64,000 nucleotides of DNA from Octopus vulgaris (GCA_951406725.2 OX597819.1:74586001-74650000), one strand, 5' to 3'. Counted from the first letter of the stretch, positions 27,476 to 41,498 are shown. Program-made: numbers and translations. The notes: a model not told the origin generated them from the letters alone.

Positions 27476-27780
27476 AGTGGTTAGAGCATCGAGCTTATGA
27501 TCGTAAGGTTGCGGCTGCATGTTGTGTTCTTGGGCAAGACACTTTATTTCATGTTGCTCCAGTTCACTCAGCTGTAGAAATGAGTTGCGATGTTACAGGT
27601 GCCAAGCTGTATTGGCCCCTTTGCCTTTCCTTTGGATAACATCAGTGGTGTGGAGAAGGGAGGCTGGTATGCATGGGTGACTGCTGGTCTTCCATAAACA
27701 ACCTTGCCTGGACTTGTGCCTGGGAGGGTGACAATCTAGGTGCAATCCCATGGACATTCACGAGCAAAGGGGGTCCGCAA
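27476..27780 (+). mobile_element. tRNA-headed SINE sharing family D head/core with alternative tail
   Basis: AGTGGTTAGAGCATCG...TTGTGTTCTTGGGCAAGACACTTTATTTCATGTTGCTCCAG shared with 33335-33650. Confidence 0.7.
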
Positions 27781-28154
27781 CATATATACCACCACCATCA
27801 TCATCATCATTTAATGTCCATCTTCCATGCTGGCATCATGAGTTGGACAGTCTAACAGGGACCCAATGGGCCCAAGGACTGCATTGTGCTCCAGGGTCTG
27901 GTTTGGCAATGGTTTCTAAAGTTGCATGGCCTTCCAAACATCAATTACTTTACAGTGTGTACAAAGGGTACTTTTTATGTGGGACCAGCACAGAGGGAAG
28001 GTAATTTTCTGCTAGGAGAAGGGTAAAATATGAGAGAAAAGGGTCAGAGCAGAAAAGGTTTCTTGCTGTAGAGGGGCCAAATGACAAAAGACATTTTAGA
28101 AGAGAAGGTGGGGAGGGCCAAAGTGGAACTGAAAAATGATAAAAAAAAAAAACC

Positions 28155-28557
28155 TTTTATTTTTTACTTGTTTCAATCATTAGAGTGCAGCCATGCTGGA
28201 GCAACACCTTGAAGAATTTTTAGTTGAATGAATCAAACCCTTTCTTTTTTTAAAGCCTGTTAATCGTTCTATCCATCTCTTTTGCCAAACTGATAAGTTA
28301 CAGGGACATAAACACACCAACACCAGTTGTCAAGCAGTGGGCGGGGGGCAAATACAGACACAAAGACACATGCGTGCACACACACACACATATGAAGGGC
28401 TTCTTTCAGTTTCCATCTATCAAATCCACTCAAAAGGCTTTTGGTCAGCCTGGAGTTACAGCAGAAGACGCTTGCCAAAGGTGGCATGCAGTGGAACTGA
28501 ACCCAGAACCATGAGGTTGGGAAGCAAAAATCTTACCACACAGCCATACCTGCCCCT
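28155..28557 (-). mobile_element. Family B SINE, near full length
   Basis: Tail, (CA)n core and head all present in reverse. Confidence 0.85.
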
Positions 28558-28683
28558 ATATACACAAGTATATATAGTTTTCCCTTCTTTTATATATACA
28601 CACACAAACATATTTATTCATTTATACATAGAAACATCTATGTAAATGTTCCCATACCTTTGTATAGACATACATATATGCAT

Positions 28684-28737
<54 letters not shown>

Positions 28738-29161
28738 ATGTATATCTGTATATACATTCCTCTGTATACATCTATTAATACCTCTACACACACAAATGAG
28801 CTGCTATGTAGGATGATGTATGCTTATTATAAGAACCATTGTCCCAACAATAGAGGAGAATAGAATATGTGACACCCCCACCCCCACCACCAGCATACAC
28901 ACTGCCACACCGTTCATTATATAGAGGGGAGAGACAGAGAGAGAGAGAGGAGAGAGAAGCAGGCAGGCAGGCCAACAAGTTTCAGATCACCTTGACACCT
29001 CCTACCAACCAACCAACCAGCCAGCCGACCGACCGACCAACTGACTGCACCCACCAGCCAATCGGCCAACAAAGACTCCGTGGTGATCTGTGGCATTGCT
29101 TGGATTACCAATATACTAGTAATCTAAAGCCTGAAATCTGCATTCTAAAATGGCGGAGTTG

Positions 29162-29212
<51 letters not shown>

Positions 29213-29445
29213 GTAAGTAGTAGTAGTAGTATCTGAATCATTCTCATAATCATCATTATCACCATCAGAGACTAGCCTTGCAACACAAAAGCAGCTGCTA
29301 CTGATACTGCATCTCTCTCTTTCTCTCTCTCTCTCTCTCCATAAATTTACATTTATACCGATGATAATTGGTGCACTTGGTCTGACTGACAATCTGGATA
29401 AGCTTGGATTTTCAGGAAAGAGAAATCAACCAACTAACTCACATC

Positions 29446-30295
29446 ACTATCTAACATCTGTTTTCCATGCTGGCATGGGTTGGATGGTTTGACAGGAGCT
29501 GGCCAGACTCCAACTGAATGCCCTTCCTAATACAAGCCACTTAACAAAGAGTGTTTGGTGCATTTTATGTGCCACCTGCATGGGTGCATTTATGCAGCAC
29601 TGGCACGGGAGCATTTTATGTGGCACTGGCACCTGTAAGTATGGATGACAGCAGTTCTACGTTGCTTGACGTGTCTTGTCAGGTACAGCATATCACCACA
29701 TCTCCCAGTCCTTTGTCATTTCCTCACTAAGGCCCAGCATCGGAAGATCCCTTCTCACCACCTAATCCCATGTCTTCCTGGGTTTATCCCCTTCCACAGG
29801 CTCCCTCTACAATTAAAGCTCAGCACTTCTTTACGCAGCTGTCCTCATCCATACTCATCACATGATCAAACCAGCACAGGCTTCTCTCTTGCACCACAAC
29901 ATCTGATGCCTCTTATACCCAGTTTCCCTCTTAAATCATTTACAATCTGTCATGTGTGCACACTGACATTATCCAGCCAGCAGAGCATGCTAGCTTCATT
30001 TCTTTCAAGCCTTTGCAAGTCCTTTGTAGTCAAAGCCCACATTTCACTGCCATGTAACATAGCTGTATGTACACAGGAATCATACAATCTGTCTTTCGCT
30101 CTGAGGGAGAGGCTCTTTAGTACTAACAAAGATAGAAGCTCTCTAAACTTTTCCCAGCCCATTCTCATTCTAGTAACTTCACTTTCAGAACTTTCTTCCC
30201 CACTGCTAACTTGGTTGCCTAGGGAGCAGAAGCTATCTACTACTTCTAATAATCCCACCAAGCATTTGAGGGAGTCTGTTGTCTGTGCATGGAAC
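29446..30295 (-). pseudogene. 5'-truncated RTE-clade LINE: decayed C-terminal part of RT ORF plus family A 3' UTR
   Basis: ORF 29950-30261 LEVVDSFCSLG...RMGWEKFRELL..LSLRAKDRLYDSCVHTAMLHGSEMW..LQRLERNEASML, then PRKTWD*VVRRDL...EEMTKD; runs directly into family A sequence. Confidence 0.85.
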
Positions 30296-30914
30296 AGTAA
30301 AAATATGCAAGACTTTTCTTAAGTTTAAAATATGACGTTGCTTTCATTATCTATATTCCAACAATGGAGCTTTGAGTCTTTGTTAGAAACCAGCTCCTTC
30401 CTCAGAGGAAGAATTTAAAGAATTTAAAACAGAAAAGAACATACATACATATATGCATGCATACATACATACATACATACATACATACCTACCTACATAT
30501 TTCTCTCCCATCTCCCTCTTGTGTGCATGTAAATGAGTAAATAGTGAGATAACTATACACACACACACACACACACATTGTTTTATATATATATTTAAAA
30601 AGAAAAGCTGCCATTACCTGGAGATGATTGAATATATTGTTTGTTCTAAAAATGGCACAGCACAATGAATCAAGGAAACAAGTCCCAAGGATGTGGGAAC
30701 AAGAAATCAGGATTTTCTAAGCCATGTCACAAACCATGAACTTTCCCAACAATTTAATTCTTTTCATACCAACCTGCTTAACGCCATCCTTTGTCCCTCA
30801 GTATGAACCTGCCGTTTTAAAGGGGTCTAAATTAAAACTTTCCTTCAGGATTTCATGCTAATCTATGTTCAAACACCAGCTTCATAACGACACAGATTTT
30901 TAACCAAGTTCTTT

Positions 30915-31299
30915 TATCCTTTTACTTGTTTCAGTCATTTTGTCTCCGGCCATAACGGAGCATCACCTTAAAGGGTTTTTAGTCAAACAAATTGACCCCA
31001 GGACTTATTCTTTGTAAGCCTAGGACTTATTTTATCAGTACCTTTTGCTGAACTGCTAACTTACAAGGACAAATATACCAGTATTGGTTGTCAAGCAATG
31101 GGGGAGACAGGGTGACAAACATAGACACACACACGTATATATAACGGGCTTCTTTCAGTTTCCATCTACCAAATCCACTCACAAAGCTTTGGTTGGCCCA
31201 AGGCTATAGTAGAAGACACTTGCCCAAAGTGCCACACAGTGGGACTGAGCCTCAAACCATGTGGTTGGGAAGCAAGCTTCTAACTACACAGCCACACCT
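30915..31299 (-). mobile_element. Family B SINE, full length
   Basis: All segments present in reverse. Confidence 0.9.
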
Positions 31300-31539
31300 A
31301 TTTCCAAAATTAAGTGAAACAAAGGCAAGTGTATTTCTGTAGAAATATAGCAATGAAAGGGTTGATGCAACAAGCCTGGATGAGTTGAAGCCTATGCTTG
31401 GAAGAGCAAACAAACTCAAGGAAAAGACACTCATATGCATTCTGCCATATACTGGGTCTTCTTATTAAAAATCACAGAGATGACATCAAAACCAGATTTT
31501 CCCAGAAAAACCACCTGCAGACATCAATTCATCCACAAT

Positions 31540-31812
31540 CATCATCATTTAGTGTCCATTGTCCATGCTGGCATGGGTTGGATGGTTTGACTGGAGCTAG
31601 CAAGGCCAAGAGCTATGTCAAGTTCCAGCCTGTTTTGGCATGGTTTCTACAGCTGGATGCCCTTCCTAATGTCAACCACTTTACAGAGTGTACAGGATGC
31701 TTTTTACATGGAGACATTACCAGTGCATTTTGCATGGCACCATCAGTGGCACTTTTTATATGGCACCAGCACCAGTGCTTTTTATGTGGCACAATTACCA
31801 ACAGGATCACCA
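31540..31812 (-). mobile_element. Family A retroposon 3' end
   Basis: CCATGCTGGCATGGGTTGG...GGATGCCCTTCCTAATG. Confidence 0.8.
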
Positions 31813-32204
31813 AGTCTTTTAACAGACAAATACCCCTCAAATGGGAGAGGGAAATAAACTATTCTAATGGAACTATTTAACACCACTGTGAGTTTGGGGG
31901 CAGGGAGAGAGGGCGGAGGGAGGGAGGGAGAGATACAGGTAGGTACATAGCTAGCCATACAGGCAGGTAGAGAAATGCAAGTGTATTAAATCAATATAAA
32001 TTATTGATTTATTAAAAATATCTCCACCTTCAGACGATGTAGCCTAATTACCAAGTGGCAGTTAATTTTACGCAACTCCACATGGGAAAGGAGGATAATC
32101 TCAAGACTTGAGGACTCTCCAAAACAGACAAACCATGATGAAAAAGGAGAGGCTTATTGTTTGTAGATAAGAGGACAGTCATAGACAGATGTTTCTGGCT
32201 CAAA

Positions 32205-32452
32205 AGTTTGGTGGTAGGAATGGTGAAGGTCACCGTGGCAATGGCAATGTTAGCTAGTTAGCACTGATGCTAGTGATAGGAATGGTGGTGCTGATGGGGG
32301 AGATGGTGTTATAGAGATAAAGATAATGGCTAAAAGACCAGTTCACTTCCCTGTATGTATGTTTACACACACACATTTCGACTGGGGTTTGTCTCTCGGT
32401 CAGGCAATTCAAATCCTTTCGTTGCTACTGTGGATTAATCTAACGAGTCATT
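32205..32452 (+). repeat. Unclassified dispersed repeat (family G), copy 1
   Basis: Reverse-complement homolog of 42938-43245, e.g. TAGCTAGTTAGCACTGATG and GATTAATCTAACGAGTCATT. Confidence 0.75.
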
Positions 32453-32864
32453 GTGCACTGTGCAGCACTTTGAATATTTTCCATTGTAGACCTGGGCCAA
32501 CCAAGGCCTTGTGAGTGGATTTAGGAGACGGAAACTGAAAGAAGCCCATCACACACACACTTGTGTGTAGATGTCTCCTTGTCTTGACATTGCATGATAC
32601 TCATCTGACCTTAAGTCCAGTAGCCAAAGTAACCAAGGCCTAAGTATCCGGTGGTCAAAATAGCCTTATATCCAGTGGACAAAGGATTCAAACTTACATA
32701 AAACAGAACAGTGAACAGTTTGGGCCCGGGTAGCAGTGCATGATAAATGAAACCGAAATGAGGAAATAACGCAGAGTGGTGAGTGGCATGGATTTGAACA
32801 ACAAATACAGCTATAGACGACAGAAGTAGACGTAGACAGAGAAATGCGCAGACGGATATGCATG

Positions 32865-33243
32865 CTTTTATCCTTTTACTTGTTTCAGTAACTTGACTGC
32901 AGCCATGCTGGAGCACTGTCTTTAGTCGAACAAATCGACCCTCAGGACTTGCTCTTTATAAGCCTGGTGCTTATTCTATCAGTCTCTTAAGCCAAACCGT
33001 TAAGTTACAGGGACGTAGACACACCAACAACAGTTATTAAGCAGAGGTGAGGAATAAACATGGATGCAAACACACACACATATGTATGTATATATATTAG
33101 AGGCTTCTTTCAGTTTCTGTCTGCCAAATCTGCTTACAAGGTATACTATAATAGAAGACACTTAACCAAGGTGTTATGCAGTGGGACTGAACTCAGAACC
33201 ATCTGATTGGGAAGCAAACTTCTTACCACACGGCCATGTCTAC
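32865..33243 (-). mobile_element. Family B SINE
   Basis: Tail and head in reverse. Confidence 0.85.
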
Positions 33244-33244
33244 A

Positions 33245-33293
<49 letters not shown>

Positions 33294-33334
33294 GTGTGTG
33301 TATGTACGTATATGTATATAAGTGTGTGTATATA

Positions 33335-33650
33335 GTGAAGGCGTGTAGCTTAGTGGTTAGGGCATTCAGCTCACAATCATAAGGTCATGAGTTCAATTCT
33401 TGGTGATGTGTTGTGTTCTTGAGCAAGGCACTCTGTTTCACATTGCTCCATTCCACTCAGCTGGCAAATATGAGTAGCACCTGTATTTCAAAGGGCCAGC
33501 CTTATCACACTCTGTGTCATGCTGAATCTCCCTGAGAACTACGTTAAGGGTATACGTTAAGGGTATACGTGTCTGTGGAGTGCTCAGCCACTTGCACGTT
33601 GATCATATCAGCTGAGACCCTCCTCGTTGTTGTAACCGATGGAGTGCTGC
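33335..33650 (+). mobile_element. Family D tRNA-derived SINE, full length
   Basis: A-box TAGCTTAGTGG, B-box GAGTTCAATTC, core TTGAGCAAGGCACT, tail GTAACCGATGGAGTGC. Confidence 0.85.
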
Positions 33651-34066
33651 TAATATGTGTATACATATTATACACACACACAAATTTATATATATTTGGT
33701 AGGGGTGATGCCAACAAAATGAAAACAGTCAGGGCAGTACGAGAGGAGGAAGGAGTGAAGGGTGGTTGGAGGTGTGGAGTTTCAGGGTTAACAGGAATAC
33801 AGAGAATAAGAAGGATACTTCATATGAGGAGGAGAAAATAAGACAAAGACTGCAGTGTTTTGTGTGTTTGTCTACGATAAGGAGAGAGAGCAGAGAAGAC
33901 AGAGGAGAAAGAGAAGATGAGAGTGTGGAGGGGGGGAAGGAGAGAGAGAGAGATGGAAGGACTTGCGACAAGATGGAGTCCTGAGTAGAAGACAGGTGGG
34001 TGAAGTAGGAGAGAGACTAAATACGAAATGCAGATAAAATACACATTACAGGTGTGCGTACATGCA

Positions 34067-34103
<37 letters not shown>

Positions 34104-34172
34104 AAACAGAGAAACAAGAAGAAGGCATTGAATAGCGCCAGAGATAATGCCAGGGGGTGGGTAATACATCTA

Positions 34173-34224
<52 letters not shown>

Positions 34225-34382
34225 AACATATATGGACAAAAGCACGCACACACACATATGTATATGCGAGTGTGTATGTGTGTAGTATATATGTATGTAT
34301 TAGGTGAGATTACAGTATGAGTTACTGTAGACTCTTGAGTCACTGCTGTAGTGTTTTTCAACAGATAAAAGAATCCTTTATT

Positions 34383-34425
<43 letters not shown>

Positions 34426-34631
34426 TATAGATATATGTATAGAAAGGGAGGGGGTGAGAGTGAGCATGTGTGTGTGTGTCTGAGTGCAGACACACACACA
34501 CACACAGTTCTCTACACAGTGAAACCAGGGGAAGAGGAAAGAAGATAAACAAAGATTCTGAATAGAAAAAGTTTTTGATCTAATATTTACACAGGATGAC
34601 AGGAGCCAAGTGTAAATAATTTCTGGCCCAG

Positions 34632-34667
<36 letters not shown>

Positions 34668-34884
34668 CTCTTCATGACAATGCTGACCTGGTGATGATGG
34701 TGATGGTGATGATGGTGATGGTGGTGACGATGGTGGTGGTGAGATGAGATAAGAGGGGAAAGGTGGAGGAGGGAACATGTGTGTGTGTGTGTGTGTCTCT
34801 CTCTCTCTCCAACAACACTGTGTGGTTATTGAAGAGGCTTGTACAGGAAAGAACAAAACTGACTGGAACTCATGTATGATAATA

Positions 34885-34920
<36 letters not shown>

Positions 34921-35365
34921 GTGTGTGACATCACAGGTGGTGCAGATGGAGGAGAGAGTAAGGAGAAGATGGGAAGAAGGTGAGGGGAGTGACAGGTTGA
35001 AAGAAGCAGAAGTAGGTTAAGGAAGAAGACAAAAAGAAGCAAACAACAACAGTAATACTGAAGTGAGGGTGGGAGAGAGAGAAGTTGTTGGAATTGGCTT
35101 TGTTGTCAAAGAGATGCTTTAGTCCCAGAACAACTTGAGAATCACCACTTTTCGTTGGAAAGTTTGCTGCGTTTGGGAACTAGAGAATGGAAATCTGAAA
35201 GGAGATGGAGACTGGCAAAGACATAAAGTATTGCAGACCCCCAACCAAAATGTCAACAGCCTTTATTTTGTCGGGTTCTCTCAGTGAGCCTGTGGAGGCA
35301 TGTGGGGAGGCCCATGGCCAAGCAGTCAGGCTCTTCATGATTGCAAGATCATCATTGTCATCATC

Positions 35366-35630
35366 ATCATCATCACTTAGCATCCGTTGTCCATGCTGGC
35401 ATGGGTTGGACAGTTTGACCAGGGCTGGCAAGCTGGAAGGTTGCACCAAGTTCCAGCCTGATTTGGGTTAGGGTTTCTACAGCTGGATGCCCTTCCTAAG
35501 GCCAACCACTCTGAGAGTGTAATGGGTGCTTATATATGCCACTAGCACAGGTACCATTTGCGTGACACCAGTATCTGCCATGCTGCCATGACTGTTATTT
35601 TACTTGGCTTGGTGGTTCTTCTTCTCAAGC
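35366..35630 (-). mobile_element. Family A retroposon 3' end
   Basis: Matches 43990-44290. Confidence 0.8.
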
Positions 35631-36109
35631 AAGATGGGTCCTCTTCTCAAGATCATGGTTACCATTCCCCAACTGGCAGTGGTGTTGGATTCTTCAGCAA
35701 AATACTTCATTTCATTGTTCCAGTTCACTCAGCTGATAATAGATAATCCAGTTAATCCTGTGATGGATTAGCCTTCTGATCAGCAGAACATTATGATTTC
35801 AGTCAGGGAAACCAGGTGACCAACCCTAGGTGTGTTTCACCTCAAAACAGTATTTACTCTTCAATCAATCTTACAAAAAGCTCATCATTGAATGCAGTGT
35901 AACATTGTTGTGTGGTTAAGAATACCATTTCTGAAGCAGGTGGTTCTAGGCTCAATCCTGACTTCGTGCCTGGCTTTAGAGGACTGTTTTCTACCAAAGC
36001 ATCAGTTTGACCAAAGTCTTGTGAAGGAACAGAAATCCATCCCGAAATTGTGTGCCTTGTGTGTGTCTGAGTGTACTTGTGTGTGTGTGCATGTGTGTGT
36101 GTGTGTGTG

Positions 36110-36148
<39 letters not shown>

Positions 36149-36768
36149 CTTGCATGCATATGTGTGCTTGTGTGCAGTTGTTCAATCAACTGGATTATCT
36201 GCCTTTGAATCAACTTGTAAGTAGCCGAGTATTCCACAGACATGTTATACTCCTTAATGTAATTCTCAAGCAGAATGAGCATCACACAGTGTGTGTGTGT
36301 GACAAGCCTGCTACTTATTCTATCAGTCTGTTTTGCCAAACCACTAAACTATGTGGGATGTAAACAAACCAACACTGGTTAACAACAGGTGTTGGTTTGT
36401 TTATATCCCTCATATTTTAGCAGTTTGGCACATGATGCTGAGAGAATAAGTACCAAATTTGTTCTTTAAATTAAGCCCTGGGGTTGACTTGCTAAACTAA
36501 AAACCTTTTGAGGCAATGCCCCAGCATGGCCACAACTGACTGACTAAAACAAGTAAAAGATAAAAGACACATACATATATATATATGTTGATAGAAATAG
36601 CAAGACAACAAAAGAATGAAAGAGACCTCGATAATATTATGCAAATAGAGGAATTTATCTGTAAATATATGTGATAATTATTCTCTGAAAAGATGCCAGC
36701 ATGGGTTTCCGCTCCGACATCCGAAACTCGGAGTTTTATCATGGCTACTGAATAATTATCACATATTA

Positions 36769-36822
<54 letters not shown>

Positions 36823-36824
<2 letters not shown>

Positions 36825-37197
36825 CGCAGGAGTGGCTAAGAAGCTTGCTTCCCAACCGCATGGTTCTGGGTCCAGTCCCACTATGTGACACCTTGGGCAA
36901 GTGTCTTCTAGAATAGCCTCAGACCGACTAAAGCTATGTGAGTGGATTTGGTAGATGGAAACTGAAAAGAAGTCTGTCGTATATATATATATATATGTGT
37001 GTGTGTGTTTGTGTTTGTTTCCCCCACCATCGCTTGACAACCGATGCTGGTGTGTTTATGTCTCCTTTTGGCAAAAGAGACCGATAGAATAAGTACTAGG
37101 CTTACAAAGAATAAGTCCTGGGGTTGATCTGTTCAACTAAAAGCAGTGCTCCAGCATGGCCGCAGTCAAATGACTGAAGCAAGTAAAAGATTATAAG
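36823..37197 (+). mobile_element. Family B SINE, full length
   Basis: GGCGCAGGAGTGGCT head through GACTGAAGCAAGTAAAAG tail. Confidence 0.9.
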
Positions 37198-37290
37198 AAT
37201 ATATCCATAGCCAAGTAAAACATAAGAGATATGTGTGTGTGTGTGTGTGTGTGTTTGTGCCTGTGTGTATGTATGTATGTATGTATGTAA

Positions 37291-37347
<57 letters not shown>

Positions 37348-37375
37348 CATGTATGTGTATATATACATGTATGTG

Positions 37376-37421
<46 letters not shown>

Positions 37422-38121
37422 AGAGTGGAGTCTGGTGCAGCCTTCCAGTGTGCCAGCCCAAGTCAAACTGTCGAACCCATGCCAGCATGGACAACAGACG
37501 TTAAATGATGATGATGATGATATACACATACATACACAAACATTTCTGTATAGATACAATCCTTATCTACACACACACACAAATAGTCCTTATCTGTACA
37601 CATTTCAAACATAAACCCCATGACTGAAGACACACACATAAACGATATATTTACACACTGACAGACACACCTTCACTTACACACACACATCTTCACCCAC
37701 AAACTGTCATTTGGAAGTCAAGTATGATTTAGCACTAAAGTGGACACCTGTATGTGGTTTATTCCTGTAGATGACACACACACATGCAGACACACCTGCA
37801 CATAAACACACACACTGACATCTATACAATTTCAATGATCAGGGATCTCCTAAGTTGTCTGATGTTATTTCTGCCAAATGGAAGATGATAAAAACATAAC
37901 CCTAATGAGGGGCCATGAAGTACCAAAACCAGCCACACCTCAGGACAGCCACTAAAAACACCCTTTAGAAATGGGAGCCAGTTCACACTTTATCAGGAAA
38001 TGCTTTTTGTCAGTGTCCCAAGACTGGTGGTGCAACTGATCTGGTTTCTATTTAGTTTGTGCACCTCTACGTTTATATAATGCAGGGTGGAGGGAGATGA
38101 TGATGATACTACTACTACTAC

Positions 38122-38164
<43 letters not shown>

Positions 38165-38167
<3 letters not shown>

Positions 38168-38785
38168 CCTTTCTACTGAAGGCACAAGGCCTGATATTTT
38201 GGGGGAGAGGACTAACTGATGACATCAACCCCAGTATTCCACTGGTACTTAATTTATCGAACTTAAAAGGATGAAAGGCACAGTCAACCTTGGAGGAATT
38301 TGAACTCAGAATGTCACAGCAGACAAAATACAGCATGCTAATAATTCTGCCAGCTTGCCGTCTTAGTAATAATAATAATAATAATCCTTTCCTCTATAGA
38401 CACAAGGCTTGAAATTTGTCGGGAGGGGACTAGTTGATTACATTGACCTCAGTATGCAACTGGTACTTAATTTATCAACCCCCAAAAGGATGAAAGGCAA
38501 AGTTCACCTCAGTGGAATTTGAACTCAGAACATTGCAACAGGTAAATTACCTTTAAGCATATCACCAGGCACACTAATCATTTTGCCAGCTCACCACTTA
38601 AATAATAATACTAATCCTTTCTACTGAAGACACAAGGCCTGAAATTTTGAGGGAGAGGACTGGTTGATTGCATCAACCCCAACTCGTACTTAATTTATCA
38701 ACTCCGAAAGGATGAAAGGCAAAGTTGACCTCGGCAGAATTTGAACTCAGAATGCAGCGACAAGTGAAATACTGCTAAGCAGTTT
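38165..38785 (-). mobile_element. Three tandem family C SINEs in a (TAA)n array
   Basis: Three ATCCTTTC...AAAGGATGAAAGGCA...ATTTGAACTCAGAA units separated by TAA repeats. Confidence 0.9.
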
Positions 38786-38979
38786 GAATGCTGCATAAAA
38801 AGAAGAACCACAAAGGCAAAATTATCACTTAATAATGAAGAGTAATACTTTGTAGCACCAGCATGCTAAAGATAGCAGTCAAAACGACTGAAAACCACAG
38901 TTTACATTTGAACACAAGGGCAAAACTGTGGTTTTGGCTGCTATCTTTAGCATGCTGGTGCTGCAAGTACTACCCTTCA

Positions 38980-39031
<52 letters not shown>

Positions 39032-39034
39032 GTT

Positions 39035-39339
39035 GGCCCCCGTGCTGGTGGCACGTAAAAAGCACCATCCGATCGTGGCCGTTGCCAGCCTCACCTGTGG
39101 CACATAAAAAGCACCATCCGACCGTGGCCGTTTGCCAGCCCCGTCTGGCACCTGTGCCGGTGGCACATAAAAAGCACCCACTACACTCACGGAGTGGTTG
39201 GCGTTAGGAAAGGCATCCAGCCGTAGAAACATTGCCAGATCAGACTGGGCCTGGTGCAGCCTTCTGGCTTCCCAGACCCCAGTTGAACCGTCCAACCCAT
39301 GCTAGCATGGAAAGCGGATGCTAAATGATGATGATGATG
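39035..39339 (+). mobile_element. Family A retroposon 3' end, well preserved
   Basis: Three GTGGCAC(G/A)TAAAAAGCACC sub-repeats then GGTTGGCGTTAGGAAAGGCATCC and (GAT)n tail. Confidence 0.9.
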
Positions 39340-39341
39340 AA

Positions 39342-39652
39342 GGAGCACTCCATCGGTTATGACGACAAGGGTCCCAGCTAATACGATCAACAGAATAGCT
39401 CGAATGTGCAAGTAGCTGGGCACTCCACAGACATGTTTACTCTTAATGTAGTTCTCAGGGAGATACAGCGTGACACAGAGTGTGACAAGGCCGGGCTTTT
39501 GAAATACAGGTACTACTCATTTTTGCCAGCTGAGTTGACTTGAGCAACGTGAAATAAAGTGTCTTGCTCAAGGACACAACACGTCGCCAGGAATTGAACT
39601 CATAACCTTACGATTGTGAGTCAAATGCCCTAACCACTAAGCCATGTGCTTT
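39342..39652 (-). mobile_element. Family D SINE, full length
   Basis: Reverse complement of 33335-33650. Confidence 0.85.
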
Positions 39653-39696
39653 CCACACACACACACACATATATATATATAGATGACAGTTATGAG

Positions 39697-39730
<34 letters not shown>

Positions 39731-40211
39731 ATTCCAAGTTTACTAACCCTGTCCTACTCTCTCCCTCTCCCTCCCTCTCTCTCTTTCTTTCTCTCCAAAC
39801 AATTCAAATGAGATAAAGTCAGGGGAGACTACAACAACATCAAAATTGATGTCACTCACTAGATGGCAGCAGTGGTGGTGATGACAATGATGACACTGAT
39901 GATGATACTAATGATGATAATTATAATGATGTGATTATGCTGTGTGGCAACATGATGATGGTGATGATGATGATGATGATGAAGAGGTGGCAGGAGGGGG
40001 TGGGTGAAAAGGCCAACAATGAGGATTCTGCAGTCAGATCTGCTGACAAATACTCTTTTCCACCCACCCTCCCACCACCACCACCAACCATGGTGGTTGT
40101 GATACAAGATAATATCAAGTCTGATGATGATGATTGGTGGTGGTTGGGAGGAAAGGGAGGTGGTGGTGTGATAATGAAGATGATGATTCTGTTTTCATTT
40201 GTCTCTTATAA

Positions 40212-40257
40212 CACCACCACCACCACCACCACCACCACCACCACCACCACCACCACC

Positions 40258-40343
<86 letters not shown>

Positions 40344-40352
40344 AACAGCAGC
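40212..40352. repeat. Compound trinucleotide repeat (ACC)n(ACA)n(ACT)n
   Basis: Direct. Confidence 0.95.
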
Positions 40353-40466
40353 TGTATCAGTTTAGGATTGGTTATGATAATGATGATAAAGGTGTAAGTG
40401 GAAGTAGATAATAATGGTGGTGATGATGACGACGACCATGATGATGATGAAACTGCTTGCTGTTAG

Positions 40467-40507
<41 letters not shown>

Positions 40508-40680
40508 ACACACAAACATACACACACACATATGTGTGTGTGTGTGTGTGTGTGCGTGTGTGCCTGTGTGTGTTAAAATCATGTCCCATAAATAATTCTG
40601 TCATGATTCAAACATAAAAACTGTTTATATGCAGCCTTAAGAGACGATGGGGGGGGGGGATCTGGTCTGAGAAAGAAGGT

Positions 40681-40712
<32 letters not shown>

Positions 40713-40853
40713 TAAGAAGTTATATCCTCTATAGTTTTCTCTCTATTACATCCTGTTTGAATTTCTCTGAAAGCCACCAATAAAATACCACCACCACCAC
40801 CACCATCATCTGCAGTCACTACCCTCCTGTCTACCCCCCCCCCCCGGGTAGTA

Positions 40854-40898
<45 letters not shown>

Positions 40899-41498
40899 AA
40901 TACATAAATACCCGCACACAACCATTTCTCCATCCACCTCAATAATGCAGGTCTAAACATGGGTGAGTTGATAAGAAAGATATGCTTTAACTAGGGGTGT
41001 GGGGAGGGTAACAGGAGAGTAATGGGGGGAAAGCTGGTAGTGGGAAGAGGAGAGACAGTCCACCACCTTCTCTTGATCCTTTCCTCCCACTCTTTGGATA
41101 GAGTGGAGAGGAGGAGGAGGAGGAGAAGCTGATAAAAGAGGGTGAGGCAACTGAGAGGAGGAGATAGATATCAGAGGGGTGGGAGTCAAGTGAGAGGAAG
41201 GTATGTCGTGAGGGCGGGGAGGGGGTAGTGTGAGATGAGATGAAGTAAGATTTGAGGAAGGGGGAGGGGATGAGAAGAGAGAGAGAGAGACATTTCTTAA
41301 GCTACAGCTGTTAGCTTAGCAACAACAATTCCCTGCAACCACCACCACCACCCCTACCAAACACACCTCCCTCCATCAGCAGAATGGATACAGAAATAGT
41401 CTCACACACACACACACACACACATAGCAAAGTCCATGTCTTATATATATATTATAAGCCATGGCTCATCTTCCCTCTACCTCCACCCTCTACTCAAC

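Noticed and set aside
29145-29160. YY1-like motif AAAATGGCGG
   Set aside because: Single short motif without other promoter evidence
29645-30322. 225-aa plus-strand ORF
   Set aside because: Antisense shadow of the decayed RTE LINE on the minus strand
32370-32410. Minus-strand CTGACCGA...GTC-GAAA in family G as HHR
   Set aside because: Core has an extra base, no stem I/III, and is not conserved in the second copy
37895-38030. Possible hammerhead CCCTAATGAGGGGC...GTCCCAAGACT
   Set aside because: Both core blocks are mutated and stem I cannot be formed convincingly
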